From the IMG/VR virus record IMGVR_UViG_3300028048_000039, positions 224,001 through 288,000 of that record: DNA of 64,000 nucleotides. The stretch is one strand, 5' to 3'. Shown here one piece after another: positions 11,101 to 18,639 of the stretch (the first letter of the stretch is position 1; every line of letters starts with the position of its first letter). Below the pieces are notes generated by a model. It saw only the letters and a list, made by a program, of their open reading frames with translations, was not told where the DNA came from and did no database searches. Made by a program: the position numbers and the translations under genes. Origin of the DNA: a virus (taxonomy: Duplodnaviria > Caudoviricetes).

Positions 11101-12203
11101 AATCAAAGAATGAGTTAGGCTTCAATCTATGGCGAAACAGTACTAAATATAAATATATTTTCAGTTTAACCGAAGGTATAAAAGAACTCAACGGGTCAAC
11201 ACCGCAGAACACCGACGATGATGAGCCAGAACCACTATTTGAAGGGAAGAAGCTCGTAATTTCTAAGGACCAGGAAAATTATCTCATTGATAAGTTAAAT
11301 GAAGAGGTTTATCAAATGCCGGTTCCTAAGAAGGCAAATAAGCCTTATTGCATAAATCCTGAGAAAGTGCTGATTGTTAAGAAGTTCCTTGATAATACAT
11401 TTACGAAACATGATTATGAGAAGATAGGTCCTAATGGGCTTCCAACTATAATTAAGATTGTTTCAATGAACGCAAGCAATGGTGAGCCATTGAAGTATAT
11501 GTATCAGGACCAGCTCTTAGACCTCTTAATTGACAAGTTCCAGAAGATGTTTCTAGATGTTGATGAAAGACAAAGCTTCCTCCAGCAAGTGATGAATGAT
11601 TGGTTTGGGGACAAGATAAGCGCTTATGGCGGTCTTTCAGTTAATAGCCTCAATGAAATAACCTCAAAGGAAGTTACGGATGAGGCTAATAACGCTAATG
11701 TAGAACCAACCGACCCTCAATTAGAAGCAGGAAACTACAAGAAAGGACACATCTCTATCAAAGGAATGAGGATTGCGATAGAAAACCCAAAGGGGAGTAA
11801 GAGAAGCTATGTAGATAAAGATGGTAAGAGGAAATATAATGTAATGAAGAACCATTATGGCTACTTTAATGTGACAAAGGGAAAAGACGGTGATGCAGTT
11901 GATGTATTCCTTGGTCCAAATGTCGAGGATTTTGAGACGGTTTATTGCATTGACCAAAAGAATTTCCACGGTGACTTTGATGAAACAAAGGTAATGCTTG
12001 GTTTCAAGTCAAAAGAAGCCGCTAAGAAGGCTTACTTGAGGAATTATAGCCCAGATTGGAGAGGTTTTATGTATATTACTGCGGTTTCAATACCAGTATT
12101 TAAGAAGTGGCTCTACAGGGGAAGGAAGCAGAGAATCCCATTTGCTAAGTATGTAGAGATTAAGAAGAATAAGATAAGGGAAATTAATAAGGCAGTTAAG
12201 TAA
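8154..12203 (+). CDS. Polyvalent virion-cargo polyprotein: leader, RWNH domain, beta-repeat region, internal leader, unknown domain, C-terminal InPase-like domain
   Basis: MKLIISEEQ..LIE leader; YDAYGLSMI..RWNH; internal KKLVISKDQ..LNE; C-terminal NYKKGH..ENPKGS..HYGY..DGDAVDVF..FDETKVMLGF. Confidence 0.75.
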   Translation: MKLIISEEQEKHLAKNILLIENRFGTAKKRVAAVIEQYFNKAPWLYETYLSQTNPRGLDGLTYKRDAFLNDFYHDSNRKESSAARLAPLFARLAFEAGYGTVVADETKINKLRMILKYVYENAERIVLNKAFPEESLYTMTYDELNRTYGEAVDRQEAEEMERLKNTKFAGESDYEILRDVDYKTAHEIGNYSSDKGRGALCYTQSDGTWKSYKSNDVNKVYILLKPGWKEMEPVHDNGSTGPDGDAYDAYGLSMIYIFVGPPEVEGGVGTLAYCNVRWNHLATYEKAEVDHALTKEQISRLIQANFDSVFTPYTTEELVAKGYEPIDEEKIINAIKDGTKNTHRVGGSDLYTVSARNHKENIYDSRTDTFVLKMWVYSINSISLGESGQKYIHIVTDSNKRNLVDTKGNLLFGNPIDPDAWPIHIQTPYGSSTSNLIQVIYRLGDHVKFNVFNLGTNSFLFSQKNGMLLPDEVAIKNNGYVTYILKTEDGMKLGAVDINGEEVEVDTDFIMDNSKEIGRDGNLIAVRYAGVSNIFDNSEGRFYFDTWVNNVSLFDKSDLGETCYVITEAVGDRNRHNLGFVGGRTLFPMDDKSVWADGYGRLYGRNVIAFYFRDGAEEGYWNHENGFKMLRDIADNVEELKYYYHDAFVYEQTPNLLILTEGDNSYKIFNKTTKTTFERGRWFDIVRPFKHNENYLWAADCDNYGHFIDNDMNSVFGSYVWIDDTRTLQGFTHAVNDSPENDLHILVDYNFKPLFGKVDNQRTWSTTFKKYNDYTVVIEVDSKFNVIYGGRKLLFGDVDNIDNWATSVSLFNGAQEVSATFENGQHKVYNLSSGSQYDVNKESLTNRFNVLKTLNDGRFSIISLKNDPKAVNIYDAENNRMALDTFFTKAFLKFAGNGVIVLLSEGEEGGSFYSMYNLNANKLYATQGIKKFKRVVGGNNCLIVFITENPRYTSFNVIDFRRGPEFFLDYPLTINGQSAYYKSKNELGFNLWRNSTKYKYIFSLTEGIKELNGSTPQNTDDDEPEPLFEGKKLVISKDQENYLIDKLNEEVYQMPVPKKANKPYCINPEKVLIVKKFLDNTFTKHDYEKIGPNGLPTIIKIVSMNASNGEPLKYMYQDQLLDLLIDKFQKMFLDVDERQSFLQQVMNDWFGDKISAYGGLSVNSLNEITSKEVTDEANNANVEPTDPQLEAGNYKKGHISIKGMRIAIENPKGSKRSYVDKDGKRKYNVMKNHYGYFNVTKGKDGDAVDVFLGPNVEDFETVYCIDQKNFHGDFDETKVMLGFKSKEAAKKAYLRNYSPDWRGFMYITAVSIPVFKKWLYRGRKQRIPFAKYVEIKKNKIREINKAVK

Positions 12204-12205
12204 AT

Positions 12206-13021
12206 ATGACACAAAAGAAGCAACAGCAGAAAGACATGATACCAACCGAAGAGTGGATTAGTGCAGTATATGATTTCTTCAATGAAAAATATTTTAATGG
12301 AGAGTTAAGGTTCCCCCTATTCTATGCGGAAAAGAATTGTGTGTGGCAAGGGCAGGAAGCTTTTGGTTATTTTAAACCATATATTGAGTTTAATAATATT
12401 ACAGGAAGGGTTACGTGTGTTAAATCACCAGTTGGAAAGCTGGTATTGTCAACTAAATATGCTCGGCCAGTGAAGGCTGTTCAGGAAACGCTTCTACATG
12501 AAATGATACATGTATATGTTAACACGGTATTAAAAATAGTACCAAGGAATCCACATGGAAAGGCATTTATGGAGAAGGCAAAAGAAATAAATGCAGATGG
12601 CTGGAATATAACTGAACAGTCCGAAAGGCTTGATACTGACAGATTAGCTGGTGATGATGAACAGGGGGTAACAGATTTTGTTGGCGCCGAGGATGCTGTA
12701 TGCATTTATTATCAATATAATAATAAATGGTATTTTATAAAAGTTGATGCTAACGATACTAACTTTTCTGAAAGAAACTTAAAGGCCCATGGTGCTAAGT
12801 TTGTGAATATACTAAAGTTAAACCATGGCGGCCTGGATTTCTTTCCAACATCAACAGCACAAAACATAATTGGACTTGAAGCTAATGTGGTTAAAGACAA
12901 CGCCAATGACCTAGCTCCGATTAAACAATGCCTTAGAAATTTTCTTGGTAGTACAGAAACAGAAATAGAAGCTGGTTATAAAATTCGTAAAGCTAGACCA
13001 ACAAGACAGCCACAAAACTAA
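12206..13021 (+). CDS. SprT-like zinc metallopeptidase
   Basis: YDFFNEKYFNGEL...TLLHEMIH...HGKAF. Confidence 0.8.
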   Translation: MTQKKQQQKDMIPTEEWISAVYDFFNEKYFNGELRFPLFYAEKNCVWQGQEAFGYFKPYIEFNNITGRVTCVKSPVGKLVLSTKYARPVKAVQETLLHEMIHVYVNTVLKIVPRNPHGKAFMEKAKEINADGWNITEQSERLDTDRLAGDDEQGVTDFVGAEDAVCIYYQYNNKWYFIKVDANDTNFSERNLKAHGAKFVNILKLNHGGLDFFPTSTAQNIIGLEANVVKDNANDLAPIKQCLRNFLGSTETEIEAGYKIRKARPTRQPQN

Positions 13022-13023
13022 TG

Positions 13024-13058
13024 AAAAAGCCACAATCACTTGTGGCTTCTTCTTTTTT
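13024..13058. terminator. Bidirectional intrinsic terminator
   Basis: AAGCCACAA-TCAC-TTGTGGCTT hairpin plus T tract. Confidence 0.75.
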
Positions 13059-15807
13059 ATCTTACAACAACGTGTTTCATCTTTTTGTCGGTTGTTGCCT
13101 TGAATTTATAACCATTGTCATAATCCTTTTCAAGGAGTAAGTCGGTTATTGTATCTTCGATGTTCTCCTGAATTGCTCTCATAATTGGTCTTGCTCCAAA
13201 TTCCTTTTGTTCTGTTACTATATTGAATAGGAAATCAACCACCTTATCATCATAAGAACATTTATAGCCAATGCCACCAAGATTCTTGATAAACTTATCC
13301 AATTCAAGTCTTATGATTTGCTTGAGGTTATCATCAGAAAGACTGTTAAAATAGATGATATTATCAAGTCTATTTAAGAATTCTGGTGGAAACTTGCCCT
13401 TAAGCTGTTTCATGAGTATTTTCTTTGAATTCTTGCCTTCATCCTCAGAGAAACCAATGCCCTTTGAGAATTCGGTTGCTGCCTTTGTACCGATGTTAGA
13501 AGTAAAGAGAACAATCACATTCTTAAAATCAACCCTCATTCCTGAATTATCTGACAAGAAACCCTCATCAAGCACTTGAAGGAAAATGTTATAGACCTCA
13601 GGGTCTGCCTTCTCAATTTCGTCAAGCAAGAGGACGCAGTGTTTCTTATTCTTAATTGTTTCAGTAAGCTGACCACCTTCCTCATAACCTACATATCCTG
13701 GGTTTGAACCAATCAGCTTATTGACTGATACCTTATCAGAATATTCAGACATGTCAAAACGGACAAGATTATTTTCGTCGCCAAAGAGTTCTTTCGCAAG
13801 TTTCTTAGCAATGAGGGTCTTTCCAACACCACTCTTGCCAATCATTATCGCACTATACATGCAACCACCCTTATGAAGTCCAATTCTATTCCTCTTTAAT
13901 GCCTTGCATATCGTGTCAATAGCTTCATCCTGACCAATTACCTCGGATTTAAGCCTATCATTCATAGTAACAAGTCGTTCCTTATCATCAGACGTCAAAT
14001 TATTTACTGGTATTCCTGTCTTAATTGACACAATGTTGAGGATGTCGTCCTTTGTAATGTGTGGTGGGTTCTTCTTCCTGTCAGAAGCATCTTTCTTCTT
14101 GATGCTGTTATACTCCTTCTTGAGCGCTTTCTCATTTTCCATGAGTTCATCCACCTTATCATACTCTTTCTCAACCTTAGCTTTCTCAATATCCTTCTCA
14201 ACATTAACAATTTCACTTCTCTTCTTCTTCAATGCGTCGCTTTCCCACATTGTACCAATCATGGCGCCTATTTCATCAAGAATATCAATTGCTGAGTCTG
14301 GGAGATTTCTCTCCTTAATATACCTGTCAGCTAGATATACGCAAGCATCAACGGCTTCATCGTCATACTTTACTACGTGGAAATCTTCATATGACGCCTT
14401 TAATGCTCTCAAGATTTCAAGGCTCTCATTGACGGTTGGTGCTTCTACTACTATCTTCTGGAAACGTCTTGCGAGGCTAGGGTCCTTATCAAATGTCTTC
14501 CTGTATGATGCAAAGTCAGATGTACCAATTACCTGTATTTCCCCACTTTCAAGTGCTCGTGACAACATTGCAGAAATTTCATAATCATTCTTCCCCTTAT
14601 CAGCAAGCATGGCACCAATGTTATCCATAAAGAGAATATAGTTCTTGTCAGCTTTCACTTCATCAAGCACACCCTTAACTCTTTCCTCGAACATGCCTCT
14701 GAGTGTTGTTCCTGCCATGAGAGCAGTCATATCAAGGGAAACCAATACCTTGTTTGAGAGGAATTCCGGTACTTCCTTGTTGATTATCTTATTTGCAAGC
14801 GCCTCAGCGATGGCTGTCTTTCCAACACCTTCTCCACCAACAAGTATCATATTATTCTTCTTTTTCCTGCCGAGGATTCTTATAATCTCATTGGTTTCCT
14901 TTTCCCTCCCAACAAGCGGCTCAATCTTACCTTGTTCAGCAAGTTCGTTAAGATTAACACAATATTGTGATATAAACTTAGACCTTCCACCATGCTTTGG
15001 CCTGCCTGGGTCATTGACATCTATGCTACCATCAAATATGCCTGAGAGGAAATCTTCAGCGCTCTTCTTATCCTTGAAATTAAAGACTCTCGCCCTTGTC
15101 TTTCCCAGACCATCAATATTAATCTCTCCATTTGGAACTCTATCCATTGATTCGTATGGCCTCCAAGCACCAACATTGTTCTCTACTGTCCAGCTAAATA
15201 ACATATTTTCGCTTAATACAAGCCCGCTTTCTCCGACATTTCCGGTTGGTCTGCTCTTGATTAAGTCATCTAGAGTGTCAAAAATTCCAATGAATGCACG
15301 TAATGTTTGCTTCTTAGCATTACTCTCAATTTTATCATTTCCGTCAGAAAGCATCTTACTCCTTAATATATTATATGTAATACCAGCCTTGTTAAATGCT
15401 TTTTTTACTTTGTTATTGTCCTCATTATTGTTAAGGATAGCCAAGAAAACATGCTCGGTGGTGATTTCGTCACTTCCCATATCCTTGGCAATATCTTCGG
15501 AGTCGATGAACATCTTTGCTAACTTTCCATCAATGGTTGGTATCCTGTTCGCCTTTACAGCAGTAAGTGCCTTAGATGACACAGTGCTATACCACGTCGA
15601 ATAAAATTGGTCAATCGTCGTTGAAAGCATGGACATATTCAATCTCCTGAATATATTCGATTTTCTCTCAACAAAGATACCAAGTATAAAATAATCAATG
15701 TCAATGTTCAATGTAGGAAGTTCCTTTGAAAGGTTTTCCCTGATAAATGTCATTAAGTTATTAAATTCATTTGAAAACGCTAATTTCTTTTCCTCTTGCT
15801 GTTCCAT
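13057..15807 (-). CDS. clpC: ClpC/ClpA-type Hsp100 ATPase
   Basis: Clp N domain (ITTEHVFLAIL), two NBDs (GVGKT twice), UVR-like middle coil, RFDMSEY, PGYVGYEEGGQLTE, IGF ClpP-docking loop, FGARP. Confidence 0.88.
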   Translation of the reverse strand: MEQQEEKKLAFSNEFNNLMTFIRENLSKELPTLNIDIDYFILGIFVERKSNIFRRLNMSMLSTTIDQFYSTWYSTVSSKALTAVKANRIPTIDGKLAKMFIDSEDIAKDMGSDEITTEHVFLAILNNNEDNNKVKKAFNKAGITYNILRSKMLSDGNDKIESNAKKQTLRAFIGIFDTLDDLIKSRPTGNVGESGLVLSENMLFSWTVENNVGAWRPYESMDRVPNGEINIDGLGKTRARVFNFKDKKSAEDFLSGIFDGSIDVNDPGRPKHGGRSKFISQYCVNLNELAEQGKIEPLVGREKETNEIIRILGRKKKNNMILVGGEGVGKTAIAEALANKIINKEVPEFLSNKVLVSLDMTALMAGTTLRGMFEERVKGVLDEVKADKNYILFMDNIGAMLADKGKNDYEISAMLSRALESGEIQVIGTSDFASYRKTFDKDPSLARRFQKIVVEAPTVNESLEILRALKASYEDFHVVKYDDEAVDACVYLADRYIKERNLPDSAIDILDEIGAMIGTMWESDALKKKRSEIVNVEKDIEKAKVEKEYDKVDELMENEKALKKEYNSIKKKDASDRKKNPPHITKDDILNIVSIKTGIPVNNLTSDDKERLVTMNDRLKSEVIGQDEAIDTICKALKRNRIGLHKGGCMYSAIMIGKSGVGKTLIAKKLAKELFGDENNLVRFDMSEYSDKVSVNKLIGSNPGYVGYEEGGQLTETIKNKKHCVLLLDEIEKADPEVYNIFLQVLDEGFLSDNSGMRVDFKNVIVLFTSNIGTKAATEFSKGIGFSEDEGKNSKKILMKQLKGKFPPEFLNRLDNIIYFNSLSDDNLKQIIRLELDKFIKNLGGIGYKCSYDDKVVDFLFNIVTEQKEFGARPIMRAIQENIEDTITDLLLEKDYDNGYKFKATTDKKMKHVVVR

Positions 15808-15824
15808 TCTTCTCTATTTTTATA

Positions 15825-15856
15825 CAAATATACGAAAATTTTTCGATTTTTCCAAA
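15825..15856 (-). promoter_or_regulatory. Bacteroidota-type early promoter for clpC
   Basis: TTTG-N20-TATATTTG on the minus strand. Confidence 0.7.
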
Positions 15857-15910
15857 ATAAGGCTTGACAATCTTCTCCAATACATTTATTTTTTAATAAA
15901 TCAGTTTATT

Positions 15911-16627
15911 ATGGTACTTAAGAAGATTTATGACGAGGAAACCAAGACCCAGAAGGTTTGGTATGACTCCTCAATGATAGTTTATTCTGAAATGGTAGAA
16001 GATGCTAACGAAAATGTTGGTGACCTCTATATTGTCTTTAAAAATGGAAGCAAATATAAGTATTCTAAGGTAAAATTTGAAGATTATCTCATCTTCATTG
16101 GTGGTGGAACCGATGCATCACAAGGAAAGGCGCTTAATAAGGTTATTAAGGGAAAGTATGAGTACGAAAACGTTGGTACTGCTGACCTGGTTAAGATAAT
16201 GGCTGAATTGCAGGAAGCTAACAATGAGGCGGACAAGATAAAGGACACGTATTTCATATCTGGGCATAGGGATATTACTGAGAACGAGTTTGAGTACAAT
16301 TATAAACCAGTCTTGGAAGCATTGGCTTCATTGGACGTATATTTCGTCATTGGCGACTATCACGGCGCTGACATTATGGCGCAAAATTACCTCTTAGACG
16401 TGCTTCAGGTGGCCCCTGAGAGGGTTACTGTCTATCATATGCTGGAAGAACCGAAGAATAAGAACCCTAAGGTGGTTAATCTCGTTGGTGGTTTCAAGAC
16501 TGACGATGAACGTGATGAAGCAATGACCGCAAATTCCACCTATGATATTGCATTTGTTAGGAATATTAAGGAAAATTCCGGAACGGCACAAAACATACTA
16601 AGGCGCCACATTCTCAAAACTTTCTAA
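15911..16627 (+). CDS. KTSC domain + SLOG (YspA/DprA-like) fusion protein
   Basis: SSMI...LYIVFKNGSKYKY...SQGKALN (KTSC); FISGHRD...GDYHGAD...RDEAM...SGTAQN (SLOG). ATG at 15911. Confidence 0.65.
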   Translation: MVLKKIYDEETKTQKVWYDSSMIVYSEMVEDANENVGDLYIVFKNGSKYKYSKVKFEDYLIFIGGGTDASQGKALNKVIKGKYEYENVGTADLVKIMAELQEANNEADKIKDTYFISGHRDITENEFEYNYKPVLEALASLDVYFVIGDYHGADIMAQNYLLDVLQVAPERVTVYHMLEEPKNKNPKVVNLVGGFKTDDERDEAMTANSTYDIAFVRNIKENSGTAQNILRRHILKTF

Positions 16628-16681
16628 TTTTTGGTACTATTTATTGTTAAATAAAAATAACGATAAATATATCAAATAATC

Positions 16682-18241
16682 ATGACTGAAAATAACGAAT
16701 TGAAAAATTATGACTTCATCGAAGGTACCGAGTTTGATGGACTCATGCCAGAAGCGATGAAGACCGCCCCAGGTACTATTGGTAAATCTGACGTTGGCGT
16801 ACATTTCTTCTTTGGCGGTCATAGAGGTGCTGATTCAATGGAAGCAATAGATATTGAGGCATTCTATGGTGATAACCCAGGTCCAGAGCCAACTCCAGGT
16901 CCAGAACCAGCACCAGAGCCAACCCCAAATACCCCTGAGCAGCAAGAAACAGCCAACAATATTGCTGACGCTGCTGCTGGTGGAAGTGGTTATACCGCAG
17001 GAGAAGGTGAAACAATTAACAATTTCACAATTCCAGCAGAAGCGCCTAAGACCACGACAGTGACTGGTCCAATTCAGAGTGGTGCAACCATTACAAATAA
17101 TAGTTCTAAGGGCTTAACTCTTATTAATACAAGCGAAGAACCAACTACAATCGTTGTTGATTCTCCAAATGCAGTTATCTATCCAAGAGGAGAATATGAA
17201 GATATCTATGTAACTGGTAAGGGAATTAGTGCAGCATCTGGCCAATATGCACAGTTACACGGTGACGTAAACATCGAGCCTGAGACAACAGGAAACGTAA
17301 GCGTGTCCGTAAGTTTCGTTGGTGACGAACCTCAGCAGATTAACTATGCTGGCACTAACACTGTTGATATCTCTAATGCAAACACTACAGAGACATCTCA
17401 GGTTGAGATAAACGCACCTAACGGAAGTGTTAAGATTGGTGGCAAGTATGATGAGGTTACCGCAAGTGTTTCAGATAACACCTTAGAGTTAAAGAATGGC
17501 TTCCATGCTAAGAAACTCGTTGTTAAGAAAGGACGTGTTATCTTCAATGGCATTGATGTTAATGACTTCGCAAACGAAATCGAGTTAGCAGAAGGTGTCG
17601 TAATGGAACCTGTAAGTTATGAGATTACCAATGCTTCAATCGCTGGCTTCTCAAAGAATGGTGTTTCAAACGTTGTCGAGGACGTAGTAAGCAACAGTAG
17701 AGTTGGTTTCGGAATGTTTGCTAATGGTAAGTACAGATATAACCTTAACGGACACAGCGTCTCATTGAAGGGTGGTAACGTAGCAGCAATGCTCCTTAGA
17801 GGTAACAGCCCTTACATCGAGATAAATGGTCCTGGTAAGATTGTTGAGTCAAGTGGAACCTATGGAATATGGGCTTCTAAGACTGGTACAACCGTTGTTA
17901 TCAATGGTGGCGATTATGAAGCATACACTCACGTTCTCTATGCTGAGTATGGTACTATCATAGTAAACGGTGGCTCATTCAAGATGCTTGATGAGAACCC
18001 AGAACTCGACCCTAAGGGACACTGCAAGTTCCTTCTTAACTGTCTTGACGCAAATTATCAGAGTGGAGACGCAAAGATAATTGTACGTGGTGGTAAGTTC
18101 TATAACTACAACCCTGCTGAATCATACAGTGAGCCAGGTGGACCTGTAAGTTTCGTAGATGCAGGATACAAGGTAATTGATTCAGTTGAAGATGGCGTTC
18201 CTGTATTCACAGTAGTTCCAGATAATGGTGAAGGCGAATAA
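16682..18241 (+). CDS. Putative virion surface/decoration protein: short N-terminal module, Pro-Glu linker, beta-helix-like adhesin region
   Basis: Late motif at 16637; PGPEPTPGPEPAPEPTP linker; repeated (V/I)xNGG(x)(F/Y) beta-helix-like strands. Confidence 0.55.
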   Translation: MTENNELKNYDFIEGTEFDGLMPEAMKTAPGTIGKSDVGVHFFFGGHRGADSMEAIDIEAFYGDNPGPEPTPGPEPAPEPTPNTPEQQETANNIADAAAGGSGYTAGEGETINNFTIPAEAPKTTTVTGPIQSGATITNNSSKGLTLINTSEEPTTIVVDSPNAVIYPRGEYEDIYVTGKGISAASGQYAQLHGDVNIEPETTGNVSVSVSFVGDEPQQINYAGTNTVDISNANTTETSQVEINAPNGSVKIGGKYDEVTASVSDNTLELKNGFHAKKLVVKKGRVIFNGIDVNDFANEIELAEGVVMEPVSYEITNASIAGFSKNGVSNVVEDVVSNSRVGFGMFANGKYRYNLNGHSVSLKGGNVAAMLLRGNSPYIEINGPGKIVESSGTYGIWASKTGTTVVINGGDYEAYTHVLYAEYGTIIVNGGSFKMLDENPELDPKGHCKFLLNCLDANYQSGDAKIIVRGGKFYNYNPAESYSEPGGPVSFVDAGYKVIDSVEDGVPVFTVVPDNGEGE

Positions 18242-18278
18242 AAATAACGAATAATAACAAGAATAAAAATATAAGACA

Positions 18279-18518
18279 ATGAATACCGATTTAAGAAATT
18301 ATGATTTTGTTGAGGGCACTGAATTTACAGCCCTTATGCCAAAAGTTCTTGAGCAGGCACCAGGAACCGTAGGACTTCCTGAATCAGCAGTAGCCGTACC
18401 TTACATGGGAATGAAGGTTAATGGTAACGAGCCAATGGAGGTTGTTGATGTTGAGAAGTTCTTCGAAGGTGAAGGTGGAAATGAAGGCGGAGAAGGTGGT
18501 AACACTGACGAGCCATAA
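18279..18518 (+). CDS. Stand-alone paralog of the N-terminal module of the 16682 protein
   Basis: LRNYDFVEGTEF..LMP..APGTVG..ME..DVEKF versus LKNYDFIEGTEF..LMP..APGTIG..ME..DIEAF. Confidence 0.75.
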   Translation: MNTDLRNYDFVEGTEFTALMPKVLEQAPGTVGLPESAVAVPYMGMKVNGNEPMEVVDVEKFFEGEGGNEGGEGGNTDEP

Positions 18519-18541
18519 TAAGAATACGATTTCTTAGAATG

Positions 18542-18578
18542 AAATCCCCGATGGAAAACCATTGGGGATTTTTCTTTT
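18542..18578 (+). terminator. Intrinsic terminator
   Basis: AAATCCCCGATGG-AAAA-CCATTGGGGATTT plus T tract. Confidence 0.8.
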
Positions 18579-18639
18579 AATGAGAAAGCCGCTTTTTTCA
18601 TTTGAAAAACTATTTATGAAATAGTATAAATGTGTACTT

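Noticed and set aside
15698-15910. Extended N-termini from the ORF track (15698, 46035, 30215, 913)
   Set aside because: They overlap promoters or neighbouring genes; downstream ATGs with A/T-rich leaders fit better.
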